A DNA stretch of 64,000 nucleotides from Terrimicrobiaceae bacterium (GCA_041752695.1 JBGSVZ010000066.1:32001-96000); one strand, 5' to 3'. Counted from the first letter of the stretch, positions 19,451-29,840 are shown. Made by a program: numbers and translations. Notes: generated by a model from the sequence alone, not told the origin.

Positions 19451-19510
19451 TGTTCTGGGGGGAACACGCAGGCCGTCACCGCATTCGCAGTGGCGGCCTG
19501 CGATCTTTTT
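19451..19510 (+). ncRNA. Candidate ~60-nt small RNA
   Basis: A-rich tract, TTGCGT-N16-CAATGT promoter-like sequence (19417-19444), hairpin TGTTC-TGGGGG-GAACA, then a 13-bp GC stem plus T-run, opposite to both flanking genes. Confidence 0.35.
19467..19510 (+). terminator. Rho-independent terminator
   Basis: CGCAGGCCGTCAC / GTGGCGGCCTGCG stem followed by ATCTTTTT. Confidence 0.6.
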
Positions 19511-19591
19511 GGGGTTCTTGCCTCTTCCCTTGGGAAGGCTCGAAAGATTGGCGGCACGCAATGCTGGCGAGCCGACTTGGACGCCAGACTT

Positions 19592-20059
19592 CTAAACCGG
19601 AGGTTGCAGAATGCGGACCTCAGGTTTGTTCTGCCGCTTTTGTTTGTAGATGTTCGGTGGACTGACCGAGCGGACCTCCGCCCCTTGCAAAACAAATTCC
19701 GGGTAAAACCCATCGCTGGCCGGTTCGTAAACCATCTGCCCGGAGAAGCCCCCTTTGAGCGTGTACTCGTAGTCGTTGTCCATCCCGAGTTTGTTCGCCG
19801 CCCGGTCGGGCGCAAGCATCCGCTGTTCGTTCAGCATGACGAGTTTGGCCGATTTCCAAGGCCGGCCTGGCTCGCGGATCCAGCCCCACACCTTGTAATC
19901 TTTTTTGTACATCCGGCGGGCGACAAAATAATCCCCAGGTTGTTCCGCCCGGATCGCCGCGTTCATGGCGGCATTGCCGGAATCCATCGATCCTGTGGTC
20001 TCACAGCCGACGAAGGCCAGGGCGGCAGCCGCCGCGAGGCAGAGGGACAAAATCCTCAT
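19592..20059 (-). CDS. Hypothetical lipoprotein
   Basis: MRILSLCLAAAAALAFVG-C lipobox; ATGA overlap with the upstream gene. Confidence 0.75.
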   Translation of the reverse strand: MRILSLCLAAAAALAFVGCETTGSMDSGNAAMNAAIRAEQPGDYFVARRMYKKDYKVWGWIREPGRPWKSAKLVMLNEQRMLAPDRAANKLGMDNDYEYTLKGGFSGQMVYEPASDGFYPEFVLQGAEVRSVSPPNIYKQKRQNKPEVRILQPPV

Positions 20060-20982
20060 GCCAGATGCGTGCGGGCGAGGAAGGGGGCAATCCACTCGGC
20101 GAGGCTGTCTTCCGACTCAATCTGCATTTCCTCGGTGAGAGGGAAGAGATACCAATTTTCCACGTGTGAAACGGTTTCGTCCGGCCGCAGGGTCGTGATC
20201 GGGCCGAGGCTCTCGATCTCGATCATATCCGAGTCGGCAAAGGTTTCAAAATTGCAGCCCCCATCCGGATACTGCGCATTGGATTGGAACTCGAACGTCT
20301 TGATGAAAAGAGTCTCGCCGAGGATGTAGGCGATCCATTTTTCGCGATGAGCAAGCCCGATTTTCGTAGGCGGGTAGTCGGCCTCCTGCTTGAGGAGCCA
20401 GAATTTCTGCCCGAAGGTGTACCGGGGATCGGAGAGGTCCGTGTAGGGCCAGAGGACCATGCCGCGGTTGGGCAGGAGGTCGCGAGGGTGTTCGCCCAGA
20501 GCGGGTTGGGGGATGATTTCCAAACCGCCGGGTTCCATCACGGTGAGCCCCCAGGTTGCCAGAGAGATGTTTTGCTCGCTTACATTGGCCGCGGTGTGGC
20601 GGATGGTGACCCGGGAGCCGCTTTCGGAGAGAAGAATTCCCAAGGTCTTGCGGATGTCCTGCGGGCTCGTCTGCAAACTCTCCACCAACAATTCGTTAGA
20701 GAACTCGTCCCGGCGATAATTGGCGGGAACATTGTCCTTATGGTAGCTGAGGATCTCGTCCTCGGGCGCCAGCCAGAAACGGTGCCCGCCGCGAATGCGC
20801 CATTCCTTCTCGTTGGCCGAGCCAAGCTGATCTTCGAAAATCTTCAGGATGTTGTCTCCGGTATGCGTCTTGTAGACGAGAATCCGGGGACCAACATCCG
20901 TTGTGACGATAAGCTCTACGGAGTCGTTGGAGAGTTTCAGGGTATGATTCCAGCCGTGGAAGGGGGTGGTTTCGAGCTTCAT
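20056..20982 (-). CDS. Conserved hypothetical protein (DUF4380 / galactose mutarotase-like fold)
   Basis: VTTDVGPRIL, GGHRFWLAPE, YPDGGCNFE, EIESLGP. Confidence 0.6.
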   Translation of the reverse strand: MKLETTPFHGWNHTLKLSNDSVELIVTTDVGPRILVYKTHTGDNILKIFEDQLGSANEKEWRIRGGHRFWLAPEDEILSYHKDNVPANYRRDEFSNELLVESLQTSPQDIRKTLGILLSESGSRVTIRHTAANVSEQNISLATWGLTVMEPGGLEIIPQPALGEHPRDLLPNRGMVLWPYTDLSDPRYTFGQKFWLLKQEADYPPTKIGLAHREKWIAYILGETLFIKTFEFQSNAQYPDGGCNFETFADSDMIEIESLGPITTLRPDETVSHVENWYLFPLTEEMQIESEDSLAEWIAPFLARTHLA

Positions 20983-21082
20983 TATTTTGGAAAAAGACAG
21001 TCAGCCGACGTGGAAATCCCGGAGGCCCCGCCGATTGTCGGAAAATCGGACTGTGGAGAAATCACGCCGGGCATCAATGCGA

Positions 21083-22108
21083 TTAGGCACGACATCCGTT
21101 CGGTGTCAAGAATACTGCGGAAAACCGTCCATTGAAACCAGTTGCACACGCTAATGCGGTGGAATTCGCGGAATTTTGGAGGCTCAGTGCGGCGAGAATC
21201 ACCTGTTGAACGGACGAGCAGGCCATGGCTTCGCCCAGGGAAAGTTTGGGAGCAAGAAGGGTGGCTTCGGGGAAAATCTGACGAAGTTTTTTCCGTTCCT
21301 CACGTCCCAGCGGCGTTCCCGAATCGGACGAAACCACGATGTCGGGACTTTGCGGCAAATTCCTTGGCAACGACACGCACTCCGCGCCTTGGTCGATCTT
21401 ATCCCGGTTGGGGGTTACCGATTGCACAGCCATTCCCGCCCCCTCCCGGCTGAGGAGGAGGGCCCCGGCGCCCTCTGAAAAAATGGCACCATGCGAGGAA
21501 TCGGGGGAGGTGAGTCTCCAGCGTGCATAAGCCTCGCAGGTGATCCAGTCCAGCTCCTGCGCCCCGACGACCAGGCAATGATCCGCGTCCCCGCAAGCCA
21601 ACAACTCACAAGCCGTCGCGATGGCGTCCAAACCCACTTCGACATCGCCGACGAGAGTCAGCGATTCTCCAACAAGTCCCAGTCGGGCGGCCACATGGCT
21701 GGCCGGGGCATTGTAAACCGTTTCGGGGAAAAGGAGGGGGCTGCCTGCCCCGGGTCCGCGCTCCAACACATCGCCGTAGAAACGCCGAGTATAAACCACT
21801 CCCCCGTCTGAGGCCGCAAAAACCAGGGCGGTGCGCGCCAGTTGATCCGGACTGAGACCCGCGGTCGCGTCAATCGCCGCCGCCACCGCAAAATGCGAGA
21901 TCACGCTGGATCGCCGCAGCCGGGGAAACGCGGCCGCATCCTGCAAAAATGCGGCGGGGATGCGGAAGACGGGCAAATTCGTGCCGGTGGACGGCGTGAT
22001 TTCGTCCTGAACGTCCGGTTTTTTCCCGGCACCCAGGTCGGCGTGAACCTGCGCCAGATCCCGGCCCAGTGGCGTGACCCATCCCATGCCCGTAATGATG
22101 GCCTTCAT
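21083..22108 (-). CDS. Beta-ketoacyl synthase-like protein lacking the catalytic Cys (chain-length-factor-like)
   Basis: IITGMGWVTPLG, SPLLFPETVYNAPA, SEGAGA; TLVGDVEVG replaces the ACAS site. Confidence 0.75.
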   Translation of the reverse strand: MKAIITGMGWVTPLGRDLAQVHADLGAGKKPDVQDEITPSTGTNLPVFRIPAAFLQDAAAFPRLRRSSVISHFAVAAAIDATAGLSPDQLARTALVFAASDGGVVYTRRFYGDVLERGPGAGSPLLFPETVYNAPASHVAARLGLVGESLTLVGDVEVGLDAIATACELLACGDADHCLVVGAQELDWITCEAYARWRLTSPDSSHGAIFSEGAGALLLSREGAGMAVQSVTPNRDKIDQGAECVSLPRNLPQSPDIVVSSDSGTPLGREERKKLRQIFPEATLLAPKLSLGEAMACSSVQQVILAALSLQNSANSTALACATGFNGRFSAVFLTPNGCRA

Positions 22109-23277
22109 CGAAGTTCGAGGAGCACGGCAGCGTTGGCCCCACCGAAACCAAAGGAGTTGGAAAGCACACGCCGGGGGCGGGCCGGACGGCTTGCATTGGC
22201 GACCACCTGAAGAGGAAACTCCTCCTCCGTCCGGGTAAAGTTGAGGTTGGCGGGTAAGAATTCCTCCTGCATGGCGATCCCGCAAAAAGCCGCCTCGATG
22301 GCCCCCGCCGCCCCCAACGCGTGTCCGGTCATGCCCTTGGTGCTGCTCATGGGAACCTGGGGACAGAGCGCAAGAATGGCCCGCGCTTCACTGGCGTCGT
22401 TGAGCGGAGTGCCAGTCCCGTGGGCATTGATGTAATCAACCTCCGCCGCATCTACCCCTGCGCTGGCGAGGGCTCCACGCATCGCGCGCAGCGGGCCGGA
22501 GCCCGACGGATGGGGTTGCGTGAGGTGATGGGTATCCGCGGCGCTGCCGTAGCCCGTGACGCAGAGCCCGGAGCCTCCGGCCTCGAGGCAAAAAAAGGCC
22601 GCCCCTTCCCCGAGAGCGAGGCCGTTGCGGTCCCGGTCAAACGGCCGGCATTTCCCGGGGGTCGAGGCGCGCAGGCAATCGAATCCCGCAAAAACCAACT
22701 CGGCCAGTGCATCGTATCCGCCCGCCAGCACGCGACGGGCAGACCCGGCGCGGATCATCTGACAGGCCAGCCCGATCGCGTTTGTCCCGGACGCGCAGGC
22801 GTTGGAAATCACCCGCACCGGCAGGTCCAGCCCAAGTCCGTCCAACGCCTGATGGACCGGCTGTTGGGGGGGGTATCCGATCAGCTTGCGCGCGGCGGAA
22901 CCGGTTCGGTTGCAACGGACTGCCGCGCGATAAAAATCCTCCCCGAGAGTCATTCCTCCACTGGTCGTGCCGACCACCACGGCGTCCGGCAGAAAGCTTC
23001 CGGCGGCTGCCAGAGCCTCGTGCGCCGCGACCAGGATCATTTGCGTGGCCCGCGTCCAGCGTTTAGCTCTGGGGCAGAGGGCGGCCGCCCGTTCAGCCAG
23101 TTCCGGTCCCACCTGGCCCGCTGTTCTCGACTGACAACCCTCCACCGAAAAGAGACGCACTGGCGAGATCCCCTCGCGTGAATGGCGCAGGTTGTCGCGG
23201 GTGGCGGGCAGGTCGATTCCCAGAGGGCTGACACAACCGAAGCCGGTGATCTCCACGGCAGGAAAAGGGATGGGCAT
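22105..23277 (-). CDS. Beta-ketoacyl-ACP synthase (FabF-like / type II KS)
   Basis: NACASG, PFD, LGEGA, NAHGTGT, KGMTGHALGAAG, SNSFGFGG (Cys-His-His triad). Confidence 0.92.
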   Translation of the reverse strand: MPIPFPAVEITGFGCVSPLGIDLPATRDNLRHSREGISPVRLFSVEGCQSRTAGQVGPELAERAAALCPRAKRWTRATQMILVAAHEALAAAGSFLPDAVVVGTTSGGMTLGEDFYRAAVRCNRTGSAARKLIGYPPQQPVHQALDGLGLDLPVRVISNACASGTNAIGLACQMIRAGSARRVLAGGYDALAELVFAGFDCLRASTPGKCRPFDRDRNGLALGEGAAFFCLEAGGSGLCVTGYGSAADTHHLTQPHPSGSGPLRAMRGALASAGVDAAEVDYINAHGTGTPLNDASEARAILALCPQVPMSSTKGMTGHALGAAGAIEAAFCGIAMQEEFLPANLNFTRTEEEFPLQVVANASRPARPRRVLSNSFGFGGANAAVLLELR

Positions 23278-23336
23278 CGAGAAGGACTACGAGATTTCCC
23301 ACAGGATGGACGACGGCATTTGCCGCCAAAAGAACT

Positions 23337-24686
23337 TTATGCAGGGATTTTCAGGGAGTTGAGCCGGGCCCGGAGTCGGGAAAACAACAGTCCGGCGGCC
23401 ACCGCCAGCCCCGCCACAAACCCCATCCAAATTCCCGGTGCCCCCACGCCTGTTCCGAAGGCCAGGGCTCCCGAGACCGGTAGGGCAATGCCCCAATAGG
23501 CCAGGGCCCCGATGAGCATCGGAGTCCGCGTGTCTTCAAAGCCTCTCAGTGCCCCCGAGGAGACAATCTGAACGCCGTCAAAAAGCTGAAAAACTCCCGC
23601 CAGCAGGAGAAGCTGCACGGTCAGGGCGATAATCGCGTCGCTCGGAATGAACCACCCGGCGATCAGGCGCCCGGCGAAAATAAAGATAAGGGCGAATGCC
23701 GCCATGAGGCCCAGGGTTACCCCCATCGCACCAAAAACAATGGGTTCACAACGCGCCAATTGTCCCGCGCCGCGGGCCTGTCCCACGCGCACGCTCACCG
23801 CCTGGGAAATGCCCAGCGGCAGCATAAACGTCGTCGCCGCGCACGTGATGGCGATCTGGTGGGCGGCCAGCGCGTCCACGCTGATCCAGCCCATCATGAT
23901 GGAACCGAAGGCGAACCCGCTGACCTCGCAAAAATGCATCGCCCCCACCGGCAGGCCCAAGGTCACCAGCGGCCTGAGGTGCCGGAATAAACCGGGCGCC
24001 CGCCACCGCTTCGGGAGGTGTTGTTTGAGCGCGGGGGAGGACAGCACGTAGCCGAGGAGGGCGACCATCGCCGCAACTCGGGCCAGCAGCGTCGCGAGTC
24101 CGGCGCCCTCGAGCCCCATGGCGGGGAATCCCCATTTTCCGTAGATCAACAGCCAGTTGAGCCAGACGTTCAGCAGCACGCTGGCCAGCACAATCCAAAA
24201 GGGGACCCAGGGCCGCGACAACGCCTCGCAAAAGTTTTTCGCCGCCGTCGTCAGATAAACGGGCACGACGGACCACGCGCACAGGATCAAAAACGTCACG
24301 CTGGCGGTATTGACCTCCGCCTTCTGTCCCAAGATAGGCAGCAGAGGCGTGCCCCACTGGATCGACAGGGCCACCCCGAACCCAAGCATCGCGGCCAGGA
24401 CCAGTCCGGCCCGCAAGGCTTCCCCCGCCTTGGTCGCATGTCCGGCTCCATGGGCGTGCGAGGCCCGTACGCTGATGGAAGAGAGCACACCGAAACCAAA
24501 AACCAGCGGCACGGCCAGCACCGTATTGGCGAAGGCACACGCCGCCAGGGGCACCACGCCGAGGCGTCCCACCATCACCGTATCCGCCAGCCCCATGAGC
24601 ATCTGGCCGACAAAACCCGCTACAATAGGCGCGGCCAGCGCAAGGGTGCGGCGGTTTTCGGATAAAGACTGGGAAAAAAGAGACAT
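23337..24686 (-). CDS. MATE family efflux transporter (NorM-like)
   Basis: DTVMVGRLG, LNWLLIYG..G.PAMGLEGAGLAT, LAAHQIA, FQLFDGVQ, GALRG. Confidence 0.93.
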   Translation of the reverse strand: MSLFSQSLSENRRTLALAAPIVAGFVGQMLMGLADTVMVGRLGVVPLAACAFANTVLAVPLVFGFGVLSSISVRASHAHGAGHATKAGEALRAGLVLAAMLGFGVALSIQWGTPLLPILGQKAEVNTASVTFLILCAWSVVPVYLTTAAKNFCEALSRPWVPFWIVLASVLLNVWLNWLLIYGKWGFPAMGLEGAGLATLLARVAAMVALLGYVLSSPALKQHLPKRWRAPGLFRHLRPLVTLGLPVGAMHFCEVSGFAFGSIMMGWISVDALAAHQIAITCAATTFMLPLGISQAVSVRVGQARGAGQLARCEPIVFGAMGVTLGLMAAFALIFIFAGRLIAGWFIPSDAIIALTVQLLLLAGVFQLFDGVQIVSSGALRGFEDTRTPMLIGALAYWGIALPVSGALAFGTGVGAPGIWMGFVAGLAVAAGLLFSRLRARLNSLKIPA

Positions 24687-24935
24687 GGCAAAAACGGAGG
24701 ACGCCGAGCGGGGGAAATTCGGGAGACGGACCGACCGGCCCGACGAAATCAGGCGGGCAGGAAGCCGCCAGCCCTGAGGAGGCCGCGCACGCGGTCTTGC
24801 AGGGAAATCGTGACGGGTTCCATGCCGACAGATTACCCACGAGCAGGGCGAAGTCAATCCGCGCAGAACAGATGGCAGGCCCAGCGGCAGAGAGAGAGAA
24901 TTTGGAGGATTTTTTTGAAAAATTGCGCTTGAAAA

Positions 24936-24949
24936 ATCTCACGATTGAT
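24936..24949. promoter_or_regulatory. Regulon operator site 1 (ATCTCACGATTGAT)
   Basis: 14-bp quasi-palindrome just after TTGAAA, 18 nt before ATG 24968. Confidence 0.75.
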
Positions 24950-24967
24950 TCTTCTCTGGGTAGCGCT

Positions 24968-27709
24968 ATGCTCCCCCTGCTGCGATTCTCTCTCTGGCGT
25001 TTTGGTTTCCTGAGTCTTTGTGCGTGCGGATTTCTGCCGTCCCTTTGTGGGCAGGTGGACGCCATGAAGATCGAGTCCTGGCAGGTTGATGGCCAGGCAG
25101 CCGTGGATCCCTCGAAGACGCATGCGGAGGGTCCCGGAGCTTTCCGACTACTGCCGGGATCGAAGATGGTCTTGCCCCTGCGCGAGGACGCTGGCTCCGG
25201 TCGCGTGACGATGTGGGTTTACGATGACGGCACGCTGCCGCCGGATGTTGCGTTGAAAGATCGTCATGTGGGGCCGCGCTGGGGGGTGGCGCAGCCAGAT
25301 GGACGCGCGCTGGTGGGAAGTGTGCTTTATGCGCCTTATCTGGCCGGCGACACGAGTTACGTGGTGAGTGATTCCGACCAGAAAGTGTGGCACAACGTGG
25401 CGGGCGTGACAAAGCGGAGTCCCGGCTGGCACGAATGGGTTTTCGATTTTGAGGCGAAGAGCGGAATCCGGGTGACGATGGATGGCAAAACGGCCGCTCG
25501 TTTCGACTGGAACAAGCTGGGCATCGGGGGCTTTTCCGCACTGGTACTCTACGGGGATTCCAAGGATGCGAAAAGACCGCAGGACCTTTGGGTCGATGAT
25601 ATTCAAGTGACCCTGGGGCCGCCGATGGAGGTGAAGCCCGTCCCGCCGCCTCCACCTCCGCCCGTCTTGCCAGAGAAAGATCCAGCGCCGCAAGGTGCCG
25701 TTCCCGAGTTGGGCGAAGCCGTTCGCGGCAAACATCCAAGGCTCCTTTTTACGGCGGAGGATGTGCCCCGGCTCAAGGAATTCTATGCCAGCCCGGAGGG
25801 CGCAAAATGGCGTAAGCAATTTGACGAATATTTGCCCGTCAGCACTGCTCCCACCGACGAGAAATTTCTCTCCGATGCGACCGACGGCCAGCGCCAGGGT
25901 TTTTGGAAACTTCCCACCGTCGCGCTTCACTACGTGCTCACCGGCGACAAGACGTCGTTCGAACGCACCGTGGAATTCCTGCAAAAACTCCTCGCCACGC
26001 CCCACTGGGAGACCGGCAATGAGCTGGACAGCGGCATGTCGGCGGCCAACATCATGATCGGCGCGGCGCTGGCCTACGACTGGCTCTACCACGACCTCGA
26101 GCCTGCCTTCCGCGAGCAGTTCCGGCAGAAGCTCATCCGGCACGCCCGCTCCATGTATCACGGCGGGCACCTTAAAAAAAATCCGGGACTGACCTACTGG
26201 CAGACCGACACCCAGAACAACCACCGCTGGCACCGCAACGCCGGGCTCACGCTTTCGGTTCTCACCACCTACGAGGGCAAGCCGGAGGAGCAGTGGCTTT
26301 TGCAGAAAACTGCCGAAGAGCTGGCCTTCATTAACAAGTGGCTGCCGGAGGACGGCACCAGCCACGAGGGGCCGAGCTACATGGTCTTCGGCGGGAACCA
26401 CCTCGTGCTGGCGATGGATGCGGCGGACCGCTGCCTCGGCACAAACTATCTCTCGCTGCCCTTTTACCGGAAGGCTGGAGAATTCCTCGCCGGGACAACC
26501 TTGCCCGGATTTGCTGGAGCGTTCGGCTTCGGCGACTGGGAAGGGAACGGGCTCGGGAATTACGGGAACTTTCAGCTCAGGCTTGCTACGGCGAACAACC
26601 TGCCCGACCTCAAGGACGCGGCGATGAAGGTCTTCGAAGCAGAGCCAAGATCCATGTCGTTTTCCTGGTTTTCCCTGATCTGGGACAGCCTGCCACTCCC
26701 GCGCGGAGACGCTGCGAAACTCCCGCTGGCCACACTCTGGCCCGATCTTGGCCTGGCCGTAATGCGCGACTCGTGGCAGGCCGATGCGGTGGCCGCCATG
26801 TTCAAGTGCGGGCCGTTCGGCGGCTATTTGCTGAACGAATTCAGCCAACAAAACGGCAATTCTTACGTCAACGTCGCCCATGACGACCCGGACGCCAACG
26901 CCTTTGTTCTGGCCATCGGAAACGAGCTGGTCGCCGAAACGGACCGGTATGCCAAGAGCAAAAAATCCGCCGCCCACAACACGATTCTGATCAATGGAAT
27001 GGGCCAGATGACAAAGGGCCGCGCGGAAGGCCAGGTCTTCAGTCAGCCCGGCGGGGACATGACAAAAATGGGGATCATCACCGCTTGGCGTGTCACGCCT
27101 GACATCGTGGCCGTCGAAGGGGAAGCCGCGGGTTCCTATCTGGAATATCAGGACAAAAAATCCGGAGCTTCGCGTCCCGCCCTAGAGCGATTTCGTCGGA
27201 CATTTTTGTGGGTGAAAAGCGGCTACATTCTTGTGCTGGATGAGGTTCGCGCCCCAGCGACGGTGGAAGTTTCCTGGCTCATGCAAGGCCCCGACTTGAA
27301 GGCGGTGGACGAGGCGACAGGCCGCTTCGAGCTGGGATCCAAAAGCCGGCGTTGCCCGTTCCAGGTCGTCGCCAGCGAAAAACTGGCCTTCGCCATCGGT
27401 GTTTCTCCCGCCGAATCCCGCGGGAACAATCTGGGGTTCCGCCAACTGACGGCAAACGCCTCAGCGGCCGGGCTTTTCGTTGCGAGCATTTATGATCCTT
27501 GGGGCAGGGGACAACTTTCCCTGCATTTGGAAAATCTCACGCCCGGCGCGGCGAAGATCGTGGTGGAAGGCGGAGGGATCCGGGACGTCTGGGATTGGAA
27601 AGCCGCAGACGGGCTCGCCCCATCATCAATCAACGCCGTGCGTGAAAAGGGGCCTGCCGCCGGATTCCCTTTCGTCCTCGATGCCGCCAATAGCCAGCCG
27701 CCGAGGTAA
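24968..27709 (+). CDS. Secreted heparinase II/III-like (DUF4962-type) putative polysaccharide lyase with N-terminal lectin-like domain
   Basis: Signal peptide, beta-rich N-domain, Pro linker PVPPPPPPPV, HPRLLF, NNHRW, DGTSHEG.SY, MRDSW, FKCGP, HDDPDAN, AHNTILING. Confidence 0.75.
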   Translation: MLPLLRFSLWRFGFLSLCACGFLPSLCGQVDAMKIESWQVDGQAAVDPSKTHAEGPGAFRLLPGSKMVLPLREDAGSGRVTMWVYDDGTLPPDVALKDRHVGPRWGVAQPDGRALVGSVLYAPYLAGDTSYVVSDSDQKVWHNVAGVTKRSPGWHEWVFDFEAKSGIRVTMDGKTAARFDWNKLGIGGFSALVLYGDSKDAKRPQDLWVDDIQVTLGPPMEVKPVPPPPPPPVLPEKDPAPQGAVPELGEAVRGKHPRLLFTAEDVPRLKEFYASPEGAKWRKQFDEYLPVSTAPTDEKFLSDATDGQRQGFWKLPTVALHYVLTGDKTSFERTVEFLQKLLATPHWETGNELDSGMSAANIMIGAALAYDWLYHDLEPAFREQFRQKLIRHARSMYHGGHLKKNPGLTYWQTDTQNNHRWHRNAGLTLSVLTTYEGKPEEQWLLQKTAEELAFINKWLPEDGTSHEGPSYMVFGGNHLVLAMDAADRCLGTNYLSLPFYRKAGEFLAGTTLPGFAGAFGFGDWEGNGLGNYGNFQLRLATANNLPDLKDAAMKVFEAEPRSMSFSWFSLIWDSLPLPRGDAAKLPLATLWPDLGLAVMRDSWQADAVAAMFKCGPFGGYLLNEFSQQNGNSYVNVAHDDPDANAFVLAIGNELVAETDRYAKSKKSAAHNTILINGMGQMTKGRAEGQVFSQPGGDMTKMGIITAWRVTPDIVAVEGEAAGSYLEYQDKKSGASRPALERFRRTFLWVKSGYILVLDEVRAPATVEVSWLMQGPDLKAVDEATGRFELGSKSRRCPFQVVASEKLAFAIGVSPAESRGNNLGFRQLTANASAAGLFVASIYDPWGRGQLSLHLENLTPGAAKIVVEGGGIRDVWDWKAADGLAPSSINAVREKGPAAGFPFVLDAANSQPPR

Positions 27710-27760
27710 TTTTCTCAAACGATCTCAAACGCACTCCCGGGCTTTTAACCTGATTCCCTT

Positions 27761-29821
27761 ATGAAGCACATCCCCCTTGTTTTGCTAACTGCTGCCGGTC
27801 TTGCTTTCGCATTGCCCGCAGGACGGGCAGAAGTGTTCGTTGATGCCAAAGCCGCGGCGGGCGGTGACGGGAGGGCGACCGCGCCCTTCCAAACCATTAA
27901 CGCAGCACTGGCGGCGGGTGATTCCGGGCCGATCACCGTGAAGGGGGGGCTGTATCGTGACACGGTTAAAATCACGAAAGGCGGCACGGCGGAATCCCCG
28001 CTGCTTCTCCGGGCTGCTCCCGGCGAACTGGTGACGCTCACAGGGTTCGAACCGCTGGCTGGTTGGAAGGATGAGGGCAGCGGGCTTTTCAGCCTGCAGG
28101 TCACGGAACGGGTGACCGATCTTTTTGTGGATGCGCGGCGTCAGCGTCTGGCGCGTTTTCCGGAGGCAGACCAGCCATGGGTCCGCGTCACTGGGGCGGA
28201 CAAGGCCATTGGACTCCTGCAACTCGAGGCCGTCCCCAATGTGCCGGAGGACCAGCGGAAAGATGTTTATGCGCTCATCTACTGCGAGGGGATCACGGGC
28301 GAAGTCACCTATCCGGTTACGGCAATGGACGCCGCGGCGAATACGGCCACGGTCAGTTCCGGCGACCGGCCGTTTGTGCCGCAAACCGGCGACGCCCTGA
28401 TCTTTCTCAATGCGGCCTCTTTCGTTGACACGCCGGGCGAATGGAATTGTCAGCCGTCGGGCGATGGCTGGAAGGTGCTCTTTCGGCCGGTGACCCCTGA
28501 CGAACTGGCCCGCACCCAGACGCGCCGGAGGTCGGAGGTAATACGCATTTCCGGCGAAGCGGCAGGGCATGTCACGGTCGAAGGATTTGAAATCACCGGC
28601 GGTCAGTCCTTCGGTGTCTACGCCTCTGGCGCGCCCGGGGTGCGGCTCAGCCGTTGCGTGGTTTATGCCAATGGCAGCTCGGGCCGGGCACCCGGGTTGG
28701 GCCTGCGGATCGACACATGCCGGGATTTCACCCTGGATTCCAGCGTCATCTTTGCCAACCACATCAACGGGATCGGGATCACGCAGGGCGAAAACGTCAC
28801 GGTCCGCGGTTGCGAGATCACCGCGAACGATGGTGATGGAATCCAGTTTGCCGGACGCAACAATGCGCCCGATGCCCCGCTGCGCCAGGCGAGGCTCGAG
28901 AATTGTTTCGTCCACCGCCATTTCTACCTGGGCCATCCGGACAACACGCAGATCTTCGGCCATGTCCGCGATGTCACCTACGAGAACAACGTGTTGTTCA
29001 TGGGCGGGCAGAACGCCATGATCCAGCAGTGCGAGGACATGAAGTTTGTCAACAACCTGTTCTTCAGCGCCACCGCCCGGCATGTCATTCTCGGCCACGG
29101 CAACGCGCACCAGGCGAAGTTCGAAAAAAATACCTTTGCCTTCGGAAACTTCGGCGCCATCGGCACAGCAGCCAAGGGGGTTGAGATCCGGGATAATATT
29201 TTTTACGGCAATGTTCTCAGCTACGAATCGGACGAGGTGAAGGGCGACGGAAACGTGCTCTGGACCGCCCGGGAGGAGGATCCCGTTCTTATTCACACCG
29301 TGTCGCGGTGGAAAAAATTCCTCACGCCGCAGGAGTTCGCCGCCGAGCATGGATCCGAGGCCAACTCGCAGCGGGTGGACCCGCAGTTTAAGAACGTTCC
29401 GCTGACCCAGGTGATCGGACGCAGTTCGTTCTTCGCAGGGGCGCGAAACATGATTTATCTGGATCCGAAAAATGTCTCCGGCTTTGCCGCCGGTGACACG
29501 ATTGAGATCAACGGCGACGGTGTGGCCCGCCGGATTGAAACGGTCGGCGCGGACGCGATCACGTTCGCTCCGCCCTTGCCGACTTTGCCTTTCCGCAACG
29601 CGATCATCTGGAAATGGCCGAACGCTGCAAACCTCCAGATCGACCTCCACGCCGCCAGTGCGGGAAAGGCTGGAGCCAATCTGGATCTTGCGGCCTACCA
29701 GCGCGGGGAACTCGACGGTCCGGGCAAACGCTCGCTGCCGGAACTGAGCGCCGCGGCCAAAGCCGCCATGCCGACTCCCGACGTGTTTGTGTATCCCTTC
29801 GGTTTGCCCCTGGGAAAATGA
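27761..29821 (+). CDS. Secreted right-handed parallel beta-helix (pectin lyase-like) protein
   Basis: VFVD...GDG...PFQTI.AA, GGLYR, ARFP, PGEW, Asn-ladder repeats, HPDNTQ. Confidence 0.8.
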   Translation: MKHIPLVLLTAAGLAFALPAGRAEVFVDAKAAAGGDGRATAPFQTINAALAAGDSGPITVKGGLYRDTVKITKGGTAESPLLLRAAPGELVTLTGFEPLAGWKDEGSGLFSLQVTERVTDLFVDARRQRLARFPEADQPWVRVTGADKAIGLLQLEAVPNVPEDQRKDVYALIYCEGITGEVTYPVTAMDAAANTATVSSGDRPFVPQTGDALIFLNAASFVDTPGEWNCQPSGDGWKVLFRPVTPDELARTQTRRRSEVIRISGEAAGHVTVEGFEITGGQSFGVYASGAPGVRLSRCVVYANGSSGRAPGLGLRIDTCRDFTLDSSVIFANHINGIGITQGENVTVRGCEITANDGDGIQFAGRNNAPDAPLRQARLENCFVHRHFYLGHPDNTQIFGHVRDVTYENNVLFMGGQNAMIQQCEDMKFVNNLFFSATARHVILGHGNAHQAKFEKNTFAFGNFGAIGTAAKGVEIRDNIFYGNVLSYESDEVKGDGNVLWTAREEDPVLIHTVSRWKKFLTPQEFAAEHGSEANSQRVDPQFKNVPLTQVIGRSSFFAGARNMIYLDPKNVSGFAAGDTIEINGDGVARRIETVGADAITFAPPLPTLPFRNAIIWKWPNAANLQIDLHAASAGKAGANLDLAAYQRGELDGPGKRSLPELSAAAKAAMPTPDVFVYPFGLPLGK

Positions 29822-29840
29822 AGGCCCATCGCTGAATTTT

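Noticed and set aside
27713..27731. Direct repeat TCTCAAACG x2 containing an ATCTCA half-site
   Set aside because: Only a half-site of the operator and too short to call.
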